A DNA stretch of 56,321 bases, the filler included, from Sluysia triapertura (taxonomy: Eukaryota): NCBI GenBank assembly GCA_046118255.1. It is 4 parts of 4 records of this genome, joined end to end, with 100 filler letters (N's around TTAATTAATTAA, not from the genome) between each part and the next. Parts side by side here need not be neighbours in the genome. Positions count along the whole stretch, not along the records: positions 26,491 to 39,598 come from JBJNIA010059208.1; positions 39,699 to 56,321 come from JBJNIA010199709.1; 2 more parts are not named here. One strand, written 5' to 3'. A model generated the notes under the pieces. That model saw nothing but the letters and a program-made list of their open reading frames with translations, was not told the DNA's origin and ran no database searches. Position numbers and translations under genes: made by a program. This document shows positions 38,656 through 51,860 of this stretch, piece by piece. Within the stretch, counting starts at the first letter, position 1; each line of letters opens with the position of its first letter.

Positions 38656-39310
38656 ATGACAACTTGGAATGAAATTAAGATATTAGCCTCTGATTTTAAG
38701 AGAGCACAAGAAGTTTCATTAATTGATAAATCAAGCGAAAGGAATTGTATTGATATAATGAATTTTTTGGTATCTAGTAACATGTTAAAGTTGTTTTATA
38801 CATTTGATGGTAGAAGTGTTTTGACTCGTGATGAATTAGAAAAAGAAATTTATGAAGAATTAGAACTCCAAAATCACAAAGTTTCATCACTCGTGTTATC
38901 TAATACTTTAGAAGTTGACTTAAAGATTATTGAATCATGTGTTAGTAGTATGTTAATTCATGATAATATTTTACAATTAATAAATAATGTTTTAGTTTAC
39001 TCTTCATATCTTGGATTGATATCATTACAAATAAACAATGTGCTTGAAAAAAGTGGTGTGTAAATGTAGACGATATTACAGATATGCCTTTGTTATTTGT
39101 TAAAAGATTAATTGCTGATAACCATTTTGATGTTTTACAAGGAGTAAGGGAAGGCGATTTAATTATTACTCAATCTTTTATTCGCCGATATGAATGTATA
39201 ATAAGAGGATATTTGACAAAAAGTACAAAACTAGTTTATGTATACAGTTTCGTAGATAAGAACATTGTATCCGAAAAACTTATTAAGAAAATTGTTAATG
39301 ATTGCGAATT
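38656..39310 (+). pseudogene. UFL1: UFL1 (UFM1 E3 ligase) N-terminal ~215 codons; intronless, frameshifted, 3'-truncated
   Basis: MTTWNEIKILASDFKRAQ...SERNCIDI...TFDGR matches UFL1 WEEIRRLAADFQRAQ...SERNCIEI...TLDGK. After a 1-nt shift at ~39058 (GTGTGT) it continues VNVDDITDMP...IITQSFIRRYECIIRG (IFTEAFVARHKARIRG); similarity ends ~39310. Confidence 0.85.
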
Positions 39311-39598
39311 AGCATTTTCAAATTTTAACCTGTTTAAATCATTTTTCACGATATCAGTATCGAAACGAAATATCTATTTTATCATACATCTTTTGTTATT
39401 GCTATGATTATGCAGAAATAAAAGCAGGAATGTCTATTGTAGTACTGCTAGGGTTATTAATAACTGTGTTTATACTTTTTCTTTATTTGTTATGTTTCAA
39501 CTTCAATATAAAATCATACTTCGTTATTGTTTTAAATTTGTTAATTGTTACAGGCCTTAAGCCTATTTCTTTTGTAATTTTAAAATTAAAATTAAATA

Positions 39599-39698
39599 NN
39601 NNNNNNNNNNNNNNNNNNNNNNNNNNNNNNNNNNNNNNNNNNTTAATTAATTAANNNNNNNNNNNNNNNNNNNNNNNNNNNNNNNNNNNNNNNNNNNN
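39599..39698. other. Artificial contig linker N44-TTAATTAATTAA-N44
   Basis: Identical to the other two linkers. Confidence 0.97.
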
Positions 39699-39726
39699 TA
39701 TTATTTATTTTTATTATTATTATTAC

Positions 39727-39776
<50 letters not shown>

Positions 39777-39951
39777 TAAGGATGTAGTATAATATATCTG
39801 TCGACATCATCATTTATACCATACATTAATTTTGTGTGCTTTATTTTGTTGATTTCGTTTTCTACCGACTGCACATCATCATTAATATCATCTGGTTAAA
39901 TTGAAAAGCATTTTTTAAAAATTTCTGCATATTAGAAATATTTAAATTCAC

Positions 39952-40015
<64 letters not shown>

Positions 40016-40187
40016 GTTTTAATTTTAACCCTTAACTTGTTAACTAAAAATATGTCTGGTTTTTAATTCTCAATTTAATTTATGCTATTGACCAGATGAT
40101 TTTAACAAAGTTTTTATCAAAGTATTTTCTGATTAGTACAAGCTAAATAATGATCAATTGCGATATTTTCAAATATAAAAAATCGTT

Positions 40188-40233
<46 letters not shown>

Positions 40234-40979
40234 AGTATTTGGTTATTTTGTAAAATTGTAAGATTCGATAATGGTTCGCATTGTTTTGATAAGAAATTTA
40301 AAATACAATTAAGGAATGAAGGTATGATAGACTTCATGTAACTCGTTTAAAGCCTTCTTGAAAAGAACGATATAGGTGTTTCTTAAGAAATGTTTTTCAT
40401 TGTCGTTCTTTATTTTAATATATTTATCAGAACATGTGTAATTTAGAATTACTTTTCAAGGTGTAGAAACATAAGCTTTTATTAATGTTTAAAAGAATCT
40501 TTTTATCACATCACTACTAAACATAATTGATATAATCGTTACAACTAGTATCTTATTTGACCTCAAATTTATAACCAACCCGTACTTTCTTTTAAGGTTG
40601 CTTAATTTTCTCATTCAAAATCTGACCAAGTTATTTATTCGAGACCAAATAAATTGTCTCGAATTTATTTCAATACCGATTATTGATACTCTGCTAGAGT
40701 TTATTTCAACTCCTACCCTAGTTTAGATATCATGACTTTATTTTATAATTTTTGGTGATATTATTCTTTCTAAATACAAGGCGCATTATTTTAATTAAAA
40801 TATTAAAGGAGTTAAGATCTTCCCAAGAAAAAGAACAAAAAATTAAGAGTGCACCATTTTATCAATAAAATCATAAAATGTGTTTACAATAAATAGACAA
40901 GAATCACACGTAAGAAACTTACTAAAATATCGTACAGATTCTGAGCAGGATTATACAGATTGTTTGGATCGCTCAGTTG

Positions 40980-41410
40980 TACTACAGTAAGCTTTGATAT
41001 TGAGTTTGGAGACTTGCATACAAAAACATATTTTTCTTTAAGAGAGGCTCCTTTATTCTAATCATATCTTTAAACTCAATTATTTCCTTTAATGTCTTCC
41101 GATTGGTTTCAAATATAATACCCTGACAATGTCTATTTAAATCATTTCTTGTAACATTTGGTTTCAAGTTGAAGAATATAGCCTACTAAATCTTCTATTT
41201 TCGTGATCTATTTAAGCTGAGGCATTTCATCGAATTATTTGCATTTAGTTTCAAGTTCGATATCGTGATTACATCTAACTAAATCATTTAATCTACTAAC
41301 ATCTTTATGAAAATTATCACGATCTGCAGCATCACCTAATTCAGTATGTTTCCAGACCGACCGACTATTAACACATGAAACAACATCATAAGTATAAAGG
41401 TATAACATCA
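40980..41410 (-). mobile_element. Degenerate CR1/L2-group LINE RT C-terminal relic
   Basis: LYLYTYDV...DRDNFHKDVSRLNDLV...LETKCK and LYASL...SLL*Y resemble LFLIYINDL...LQ.DLD.L..W...FN..KC and LYKSLVRP.LEY. Confidence 0.35.
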
Positions 41411-41912
41411 TAAAGGTATAAAGGTAATAATAATTTTTCATTATTTTTTGGCAGTTCTCTCAAATTTGTTTTTTCACCAGCATTTTTTATTCTATAATTA
41501 ATTTTTGTACACTTATTGGATTTTCCTGATATTGCAAGAAATTTCTATCTTTATAATGTGCATCGAAAATTACAAATAGCGTAAAATCCCGTGTATAAGC
41601 TTAACTAAGAAAAAAGTTGTTTTTTGTAATCTTTACTGCGGCTTTATACTCGAGATTTGAAACAATAGAAGAAAAACAACTTTAGTTTGTGAAAAGTGAA
41701 TAATAGATTTTAAATAAGACCTATATAAACTGATATATAAATTTATAACTAAATGATGCTAAAAGAATTCAAATATTTATGTTTCCCTGGATAAGCCATG
41801 AAAAAATATCGCGGATTATGCATGGGCAATTATCTTTTTTTGAAGTAATGACGTAATATTTTACCTAATTATTTCTGGCGCTTATTTAATTTACAGTAAA
41901 TTATTGTTGTTA

Positions 41913-41972
<60 letters not shown>

Positions 41973-43379
41973 AGAATAAAAATTAATGAATTCTTAAGTT
42001 AAAATAATTTCTTCTACATCTTTCGTGCATTATCTTACATAAACAACATAAGTGAGATATTTACTAAAACTTTATTGTTTAAGATTTGAAATGATTCATT
42101 GGCTAACGTTAAGAATTCATGATTGTAAAAGTTGAGATACACGATGTATTAACAACTATTAAATGATCTAAGAATATGTGATTTAGATCGAAAATTTTGT
42201 AAAATATGTTAAGCCTTAAATGTTTATTATGTGAAGATTCTGTGGTACATTTTGATGTGATGAGTTATGTATAAAACCATTTTAAAAATTATAAAGAAAC
42301 GAAACATTTAATGATTTATCATTGATTAATAATGTTTATTGTAAAAAAAAGTGTTAATTTGTTATATTTCAATCGTACGCTTACTTTTGCTTTAAATTAT
42401 TGTTTATGTATTTAATTAAATATTTTAGAATTATTAAATGTCCAAACATTCGGCGGGAAAAGTATAATAGTAAAAGTAAAAGAAGATAATAATAATAATA
42501 ATAATGGTATAGCTACGCTTGAATTTTGAGTTAATAAAAACAATAATTAAATCACTTCCAAAGTGTAAAGGGGCTCGAAGACGATGATCATGCATTAAAA
42601 CAATAAGTATTGGAAATGTGTTTAATAAAAGAACAATTATTCAACAATTGGAATTACAAAAGAAAAATAAATAAACAAAAAAAACAGTGCATATTTTTGA
42701 TTACGTATTAAAAAATAATACTAATATTAGAAAACATTGGGAATGTGGATTATGAATGTGGAATATGAATGTCATTTGGCATTTCTGATACAATGACTGT
42801 TGACTGAACTGAAGTTAATGACATTGAAATAAAATAAATGTTATTTTGCGGTGATTTATATATTAAATTTTTATAAGTGTAAACACTAAAAGATGGATAA
42901 ACACGAAAAATATTCCGTTCAAAATCATTACTTATTTGTGACAAACAAAAATTATTGAAATTGTTTAAAACTAATCAAACGTATCTGCAATTCTAAGAAA
43001 GTTAAGAAAGTAACACAACGTACTGTCAAGTATATTCAGAATGAATTAGATAATCATGATAATGAGGAAATAGAACAGAAGTAGAAAATAAGCTCATTTT
43101 ATAATCACTTTATCATTATTTATATAAAATATGGTCTTAAAAATATACATATTTTTTGAATATTTATATGACACTTGTCATAATTGCTATAATTATTATT
43201 ACTATGACGTTGCTAAAAAATAAAGTTCTTACTCGTAATGTAATATATAATTTTTTGAAAATATTTTTAATATAATGACTGCAACATTATTTTCAGGTAT
43301 TAAGATACATTATTACTAAATTTTACTTGGAGAAAAATAATATTCACTTACTAGACAGGTATGTTTTCATAAACGTGGA

Positions 43380-43720
43380 ATAATTGCCAAGGATTTTGTC
43401 AGAAAAAACTTGTGAAATAGGGTCATAAAATTATGTTTATTATTATCAAATGCGAAAGTTCAGGTCAGCCATTTCAGTTCAGAGCATCTAAACGCTTATA
43501 CAGCTTTTGCGCAAGTCAATAAGTCATGATGAGCTTACTTCTCTTTACACACACATATATACACTCAGACTAAAAGGGTTTAAGTTTTAATGTGATATTT
43601 TTGGTCCACGATATGGGACATTATGATTTATGAAGTAAATACAGAAACTTATTAATTCTTTGTTCGACAAGGATCAATTGTTACTGATAAGAAACTACAG
43701 GAAAAGTATAAGGATAAATG
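43380..43720 (+). mobile_element. Possible Merlin/IS1595-like transposase relic
   Basis: Fragments EKTCE.G, SGQPFQFR, IFGPR and VRQGSIVTD recall the Merlin zinc ribbon, WVFG and I.PGS.I.SD motifs; very decayed. Confidence 0.3.
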
Positions 43721-44999
43721 TCCGTGATATACCTTATTATTTTTATATTTTATAATTATCTTCTGGAGAAAGTATTTTCCAAACTGTCGTATAAACGTAA
43801 ACAAACTTTATGTTATGTAAGATGATGTTATATTAAAAGAAACAAAGACGTCAATATATAATGGAAAAATCAATATTAAGTTGCCTTTATTATCCATTTA
43901 TAAAAAATTTTCGCTTTTAATATTTTCGGTCCATAAGATACCATTCTGAAAATTGATTATAATAGATCCATCCTTCCACAACAAGATATATAAAATGTCT
44001 ATATATTTGGTTGAATCTGGGTCTTAGAAATATTTTAGAACATTTTTATATATCAAAAAATGCTGTTTTGAAGATTATTTATATTTGTAAAATTGTGCAT
44101 TTTTAGTTTGTTTAAAATGATAAATAAATTTACTATAACATTTAATTTATTTAAAATATGATTTAAATATTATTTATTATTTTGAAATTGCCTTTTTCAA
44201 TAATTTAATACAATTAATTTAAAACAATTAAAGGTTGCACAAAAATTCTACATTTAAATTAAATAAATATAAAAATTTTATTTTATTACGTAGAATTAAT
44301 GATTTTAAATAAAAGTATTAATTTTGTTCAAGGTAAATCGGTGCATACTATAATGTCACGTGATTATCTAAATTAAGAAAAAAACTGTCAACTATAATTG
44401 TAAAACTTATTTGTCAAAAATTTTTTCAAGGCGTATATTTGATACTTCTTTAGGTTTTAATTATTTAAAAGTTTTAAAATCAGATTACTCATCATCAGCC
44501 AATCAAATTATGGAATGTTGTTGTATGGATGGTGACCGAAATAATAAAACCAATCAAAAAACATTTAATACTAATAATATTTGGTTAATAATTTAATTTA
44601 ATACTTATAAAAGCCATATGTTTCAAGGAAACTAAAAATTGAAGTTTTTAAATTGTAGAAAATTTTAATATAAAAGAAGTTCTAAATTATTATTTACTCA
44701 AAAAATGATTGAAAAATTAATTCGGTTTTTTGTTTTATAAAAATAACACAAGGAAAATACATATCTAATTTTCATTAAAGTACTTCCTAAAATTAGAAAG
44801 ATTTTCTATCAAATAAGCAAGCAGATTAAATTGATTAATTTTATACTGTTTGTATTGCTTGTGTGTTAAGTTTTGTGTACTTCTTTTTATTAATATACGG
44901 GTATTGTATATGTAGTTATTTTATTTTAATATGATAAATATTAGATGATAGGAAAAATGACTTTGAAAATTAAATTTTAAAATTACTATGATTATTCAG

Positions 45000-45278
45000 C
45001 TAAAAAGCAGTAATAGTACAGTTGATATTGAATCTATATTAGAAGAAAATGCTGAAGATGTAACAGCAAGCACAGATTCAGCAGTAAAAGGAAAAATAGC
45101 AACAGCATCAAATAAAAATCCAAATAATAATAAAAATAATAATAATAATGATAATATTAATAATAATAATGATAGTAATGATAGCAATATAATTATTATT
45201 GGTAGCAAAGTACGACCAACACAATCGCAAATTTTTCATCCAACGCCAATCACTGAAACTATCGAAGTATTTCATGGT
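45000..45278 (+). CDS. Possible isolated exon, Asn-rich, unknown product
   Basis: Open frame bounded by cag| and |gttaat; no recognisable homology and no phase-matched partner exon identified. Confidence 0.25.
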
Positions 45279-46057
45279 TAATTTTATTTTTTAATTTATT
45301 TCATAAATAAATAAGGTAAGATTTAGTTTGAGAGCTTTATAAATTAAGATCTTTTACTTTACAAAGCGAATCTTCTGAACGTTTACGAAACAATTACTAG
45401 TGATATTGATTGATGAAACTGTTTTAATTGATCTGCAATCCAAAATTTGTAATTATTTTTATAAATATTGTTCAATCTGATGACAATCTTGATTTATACA
45501 TAATTGAACAACATTGACGAAATTAATCATATACTCTGTGGATTCTCATAAAGCTTTCTAAGAATGTCATGTAAGAAATCAGGTGATTGAAGTATTATGA
45601 CCAATCTATCCATCTTTTCGAAGTTGGTCGAGTAGCAAGAATTTGTATAAAAACTGAAACATTAATTAACCTTTTTTAAATCGTAAAATAACAACCATAA
45701 TACCTTTTTGAAACTAAAAATAATTAATGATTACGGATTAATTCTAACCTATCTCTGATATTAAAGATGGAAGTGCAGTTTAAGGTAGGAATTTTAGTCT
45801 AAAATCCCTATAATATTTAAATAAGTTTTTATAAAATAATGAGATACAACAAAAGTGATATGTGTACATGGACAAATATTTAACAACATATTGAATTCCA
45901 GAATTAATTGTTATATTTTATTTATTTAATAAATAATAATATTTTAGTAAATCAAGTGAAATAATATATTTTACTACTACAACTACTCTTTTTAAATTGC
46001 ATTTTGCGATCTTACTATCATATTATTAGTGATGTTTATATTAATTATACTATACCA

Positions 46058-46138
<81 letters not shown>

Positions 46139-49100
46139 ATTCTGTATTTTATCGATATCATTAGATATTCTAAAGTATTAATTTTCCAGTTCACGATATG
46201 TCCAATTTTGAAAAACTAATTTAAATGAATTGTTGAGCATCAATTTGATTTTAGAATCAATAATAATAATTGTCCATCTAATACAATGATTTTTACTATC
46301 ACATCTACATGCCTTTGTCTTTCCGAAGACAAAAGCTTCAGTTTTTTAAAATCAAATTGTTTACATTCTAAAGTAATTTGTATGTAAATAATGTATTTCA
46401 AACTCTGTTTTTTTAAATTAGCTTGTTCAGACAAAACCCATCAAATTTTATGTAACTCACATGTGTAATTGAACAATACGATATAACATACGTATTACAA
46501 TGAAACCATCACTCTTTTTGCAAAGAAATTGACTGTTCTTGTAGAAACAGTCAAAGCAATGTTTCACCATAACAATATTTCGAATAAATTCTCAACTGTC
46601 AGAAAGAACGTGATATCTGGTAATATTGTTTTCAGATAAGTTTTTATATTATTATAAAATAATAATCAATTTTTGCAAGTTCTTCATTCGTGAATCCGAA
46701 ATGAAATCGATTTATTAACTTTTAAAATTATCTTCATCTGTTGGCACAAAATTAAGCATTAAACGATTATAAATACTTAAATAAATTCTATTTTATAAAA
46801 GGTTCTAATCACTTCAAGTTTAGAATTGAAAATAATGTCTTATATCGTCAAGGTTAGTTTCTTGTTAGTAGAGATAGAAATGCAAAGTTTTACAAATTAT
46901 TCAAAATTTCGATCCACTCTTATTTATATATTTATTTATTATTGAAATCTTTTATATTCAAGTTACTTTGTTATAAGTTAGTATGAATCTTTGTGAATTC
47001 GATTTAGACATTGTACTTATGTGGTTATATTACCTACAGTTTAATCTAAAAAAACTGTATTCAAAAGAAAGTTATATTATCAAAAACAACTATTGAATTC
47101 CAAAATTTCCAATAGTATCTATCATAAAATATTTTTTCTAATTTTGCTATATATTAAAATGACTTATAGTAGTTTTTCACTATGGTTTTATTATGGCCAA
47201 TACTTGTTAAAATTTTTCCGGTTAATCTCTTCCCTGTATTTAATTCTATTATATGACCAATTTCTTCTATATAATAGTTAATTTTAATGTAACTGCAGCC
47301 ACATAATTTATTTTCATTTATCTTGTGTTAGCTTGTGCCTTTTTGTAGCTTCTCCCTCTTTCTCATTTCTGTTTCACATTCTTTTTCACATTCTGTTTTC
47401 GTTTTCCTTTATTTCTTTCTAAAGTTAAATACAATACTTCAGTATTCTTGTTTTTGGATTGTCTTAAAGTCTTAATGAAATTATTTGAAATTTTATTTTA
47501 CTATTATTTTTCATGGGTGAAAGTGTAATATGGAAGGATTGAATAGTATATATTTCTTTGAAGAGGCTTTTGCAAACAGCTTAGTGGCCTAGTGTTGTTT
47601 ATTAAATAAAAGGATGCCTGTAGTTTCCATTTCGACATCTCTATACGTTATACTTTGCTGATGAAGAAAAACTAATGAAAATGTAATTCGGATTACATAG
47701 AATGTGTATTGATTCTACCTTGAATATTTACGAAGACTAGATGTAAGTGATTTCTGCAGGTCAAATTACATTAATATATTATCTTTGCTGAACAATTCCA
47801 GGATTTTCGATTAATAAATCACATAACTAATCTTAAAACCTTTTTGTCTGTCAGATATCATATTACTAGTTCTGATTTTAACATTTAAAAACATTTCGAA
47901 TTTAAATTTACAAATGGCGTTAATATTTCAATACTTCAAAAAATACAATGCAACACAAAATACAATTCGAACATGTTGCGTAACAAAACTAAGAAATCGA
48001 AATGATAATCTGACGTAATTGTTAAGTGAATATCAAGTGCCGGATATTCTAATTGATGAATTATCTCTAAGTCAATTTGTCCTCTTGTATATCTTTAAAA
48101 AGCTTATATCTACATTGTTGATATCCAAACTTTATCTTTGGTAAATGTTGATCTAAACTTGAGTGAAACTATATTTTCGAATAATTTGAAAATCATAATT
48201 GTTTGTAGATATTCTTCGATAATTATCTTTATGTGGTCAAGAGAATAAAAAGAATAAAATTCAAAGAAAAAGAAAAAATTCAAAATTGTACTTTAATAGC
48301 TCACCTCATTTCAAAAATTCTAATAAAGATCACAGTGCTTTAAAGGGGAATTGATCTATTCTGCTAATAAACAAAAAATAATAAAGACGAAAATGATTTC
48401 TGCTACGAAATTTAAATTGACCATTAAAATGAAGTAGACAAAAAGAATAAAATGCAAGACGCTTATTAAAATGTTCGATTAAAAATTTACGGGATTATAT
48501 ATGTCTAATTATATATATTAGACATTGATCTCTGATGAAAATATTGTACGAATATGGAGCAAATATGGAATAATATTCGCAAATTAACAATACTAATATT
48601 CATATTACTGTTTCATTACTGATAAAATGTGTGAATGATTATGGGATAAATTCAATGTAACAAGATTCGGGAAATTTCCGTATAATTGCGCTTTAAAATT
48701 AAGGTTGCTTTGCCTTGCCATTTAACACCATGTCAAATTGGCATGAGTTTCAGAAATAAAGGCATCACCATCGTTGATTATTGTAGTTGTAAAGTGGAGC
48801 TTCGATCTTTATACTTTCTAAATCTTTTTGAAGTATTTCGCATATATTCTGAGAATTTAAAATGGATTTTTCGTAGTTTAAAATTTTATGTTTAGGTTTA
48901 GTTCTTGCATTAAAAGTGACAATATTAGTTTTACGGTGCATTACAAATTTGTTAATTCTTGATAATTAGAATCTGTATTTGATAAGTGATATTTTAACAA
49001 TGCACTCATTTGTTTCATAATAATTTATTTTGGTATTACTACTTTCTGTTATAGAATAGTTTCTTGTTTCGCTGATTAGCCATGGATATAAATATTATTT

Positions 49101-49911
49101 TCAAAACATCTTTGCTTAATGTAATAAATCCACAAATTATTATTAAATTTATGAATGAGAATAGATTACTGCAGTGAATTCACATTTCATTGGGCAATTA
49201 ATAAAGTCACTACATAGTGACTAAAATAATTGAATAATTGACAATAATAATGGGGGTACTTTAATGATGATGAAAAATTATTATTATTATTATCATTATC
49301 ATTATTTTGATATAATTATCAAAAAGTTGGATAAGGTTCTTGTAGCATCTTATCTTAAAAAATTACAAATATGATGTAACGGTTTATTGATGAATTAAGT
49401 TTGATCGAAGTATTTAAAATGTATGAAAATGTATTAAAGATGTAACGTGGAAAGTTATAAGAATTTGTAAATGCTTTGTATTTTATATTTTCTGCTTTTC
49501 TCATTGATAAAATTGTCATTCATAGAGTAAAACGCCACTTTGTTTTACAGTGGATTTAATGTTAGGAAAATTGATGAATTATTCATTTAAGCCTTTTTGA
49601 ATATTTAATTTATTTAATGATATTTGAAGAATGTTGAAATGAGTATAATGAGAGTTTTAAGAATATGTAAGACCTGTTGAGTTATGATTGATATTAAATA
49701 TGACTTTGCATCTGTTAAATGTTCATTATTTGTAAGTGAATGATAAGACTTATAACCAATCCATCGAAAGACAACAATTATTAATTATGCGAATTCGAAA
49801 TTTTGAAATAATGCGTAAAACAGACATTAATTTAAAAATTTATATATTCTAAAATATTTTATATGCAATATTATATATTTGATGTCGATAATAATAATAA
49901 TAATAATAATA

Positions 49912-49943
<32 letters not shown>

Positions 49944-51109
49944 AACTGTATTAAAATGTCATTTTTTGATATTTGTAAAAATTGTATAATTCTTGAAAGA
50001 AAACAGTAGTAGTGAGTGGCTAGAATATCAAAAACTTGATGAATAAGTTAATTAATGTTAATTAAGTTTTTTTGTATTTTAAAAATTGTTTATAATGTTT
50101 TGAAATATTTGGTTGTGCTTTCTATTTCTTGTACAGTCTCGTCAATTTTATTTAATTCAAAGATTTAAACTTTTAAATGTCGTTATTTCTTGAAATACGT
50201 TTTATCTTTTATTTTGTCGCTTATTTTATTTTTATGTCGTAATAAATATGTTTAATTTTAAACTAAGACAATTTTTATCGTAAAAAATCGTTCAACTTTA
50301 GAAAAAGTGCGGATAATTTCAGTTTATAATTAGTCTTTATATCATGAAGATCAGTCCAAACTTGTTTCTGATGCTAAAGATAGAAGAGCTAAATTTAATA
50401 ATTGATTTATTACTTTAAGTTTCAATACCCGAAATTGTTTATTTAATAAATGAGAAAATAATAACGCAATATAAGCACAAATGATCATGCGTAATTGCTT
50501 TAGGTTTATTTAAAGTATTATTTTTATTTCTTATTTACGTATAAGACTAATAAATGGTGTAACCAAATATTCAAAATTGAATTTGAATAATAATTTCAAT
50601 AGAGTTGCCTCAATAACACAATACTTATGTTGATAATTTATGTTGTAGGAATTGTGTTTCTGTATGTGAAAACGTTTCTTTATCAGTGCACATTATATTA
50701 TGGCTAATAAATTTCATCATTTTCGTCTTCATCGCTAGTTTTTTTCCTCCTGCGTAACCAACTGGATTTTTTGGATCGACTTTGTCTTTTTTGAATTTTA
50801 TACTGAAATTTGTATTAGGCAAACTAGGTAATATTGAACCTATACTTTATGATATTTAAGTATTTTGTTTATTCCAATCCACGACTTATTCATTCACCAG
50901 CAAATTCATCATTTTGTTTGTAAATTATTGCCTTTTTGAATTTAGACCTTTTGCATTTTTAAATCAATAGTGGATTTGTAATAATTATAATAATAATAAT
51001 ATATTAATTTATATTGCGCTCATATCTACTGCGTAAGTACGTAAGGTAAATCATTCACCATAATATTTCTGAAACTTTGCCTTTTTCTTAAATATTTCAT
51101 AATCTTCCA

Positions 51110-51860
51110 TTAACTGGTTGTATATTTTTGAGACATAAACGGTAAAAACCTATCACCTAACTTGTTATCACTGTGAATTCTGTATAGATTATTATACCTC
51201 AATTTTCGTATTATTTCTAAAAGATATCCGGGACTTCCATAATGTAAGCATTTGCAAATTATTCTCATGATTTTGAATGCTAGTCTTGCTTTTATTAGCA
51301 ACAAATGTAGTTCTTTAAGATAAAGTGTTATATGAGAATTATTTTTGCTGTATGATTAATTATTAATTGTAATTTTTTCACTTTTCTCTATAAAAATTGA
51401 GTTTATCAATGAATGAACAATAATTTTATCTGTTTCTTTATTAATACATTTTCGAATATGTGATATTTTATTAATTGATATTTACACTTTCTAACAATAC
51501 AATTAATATTTTCTTCCATGTTCATTTTTGAATCCATATAACAACCTACATTTCGTACTTTTTGCTTTGCATCTAGTGTCTTACCACCTACAATTAACTT
51601 TGTTTCATTTATTTTGGTATTGTAGCTATCTTTATTACTGAAGATTATAAATTCTGACTTTTCTTCATTGGTTTTTAAGTATTTATTTCCAAACCATTTT
51701 ATCAATTCAGATACTAGTTCTTCTTTTCTTTGAATAGTATGTTCTATGTTGTTCACTTCAAATTCGGTATATATTTGCACCTCATCAGCATATATATGGT
51801 TCGATTACACTTGAAACATCATTGATGTATATATTATAAACAATAATGGACCAAATATTT
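51110..51860 (-). mobile_element. L2/CR1-clade LINE reverse transcriptase relic
   Basis: IGPLLFIIYT..HIYADEVQIY...KWFGNKYLKTNEEKSE...VRNVGCYMDSKMNMEENIN...HITLYLKELHLLLIKARLAFKI...GSPGYL: RT motifs plus the L2-type HITP.L..LHWLP tail. Confidence 0.85.

Noticed and set aside
11492-39310. Cluster of ubiquitin/UFM1 ligases (CUL3, HECTD1, UFL1) as a functional system
   Set aside because: CUL3 is on a different contig across artificial linkers, and CUL3 and UFL1 are disrupted copies.
46004-46219. Poly-Tyr ORF, and ORF 39430-39654
   Set aside because: The first is an (ATT)n microsatellite; the second runs into the N linker.
47649-47710. Type I hammerhead-like layout: CTGATGA...GAAA plus perfect ATGTAAT/ATTACAT hairpin
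   Set aside because: Core register is off (no proper A-U pair and NUH), stems I and II are poor, and it lies in what looks like a decayed Tc1-type transposase fragment.
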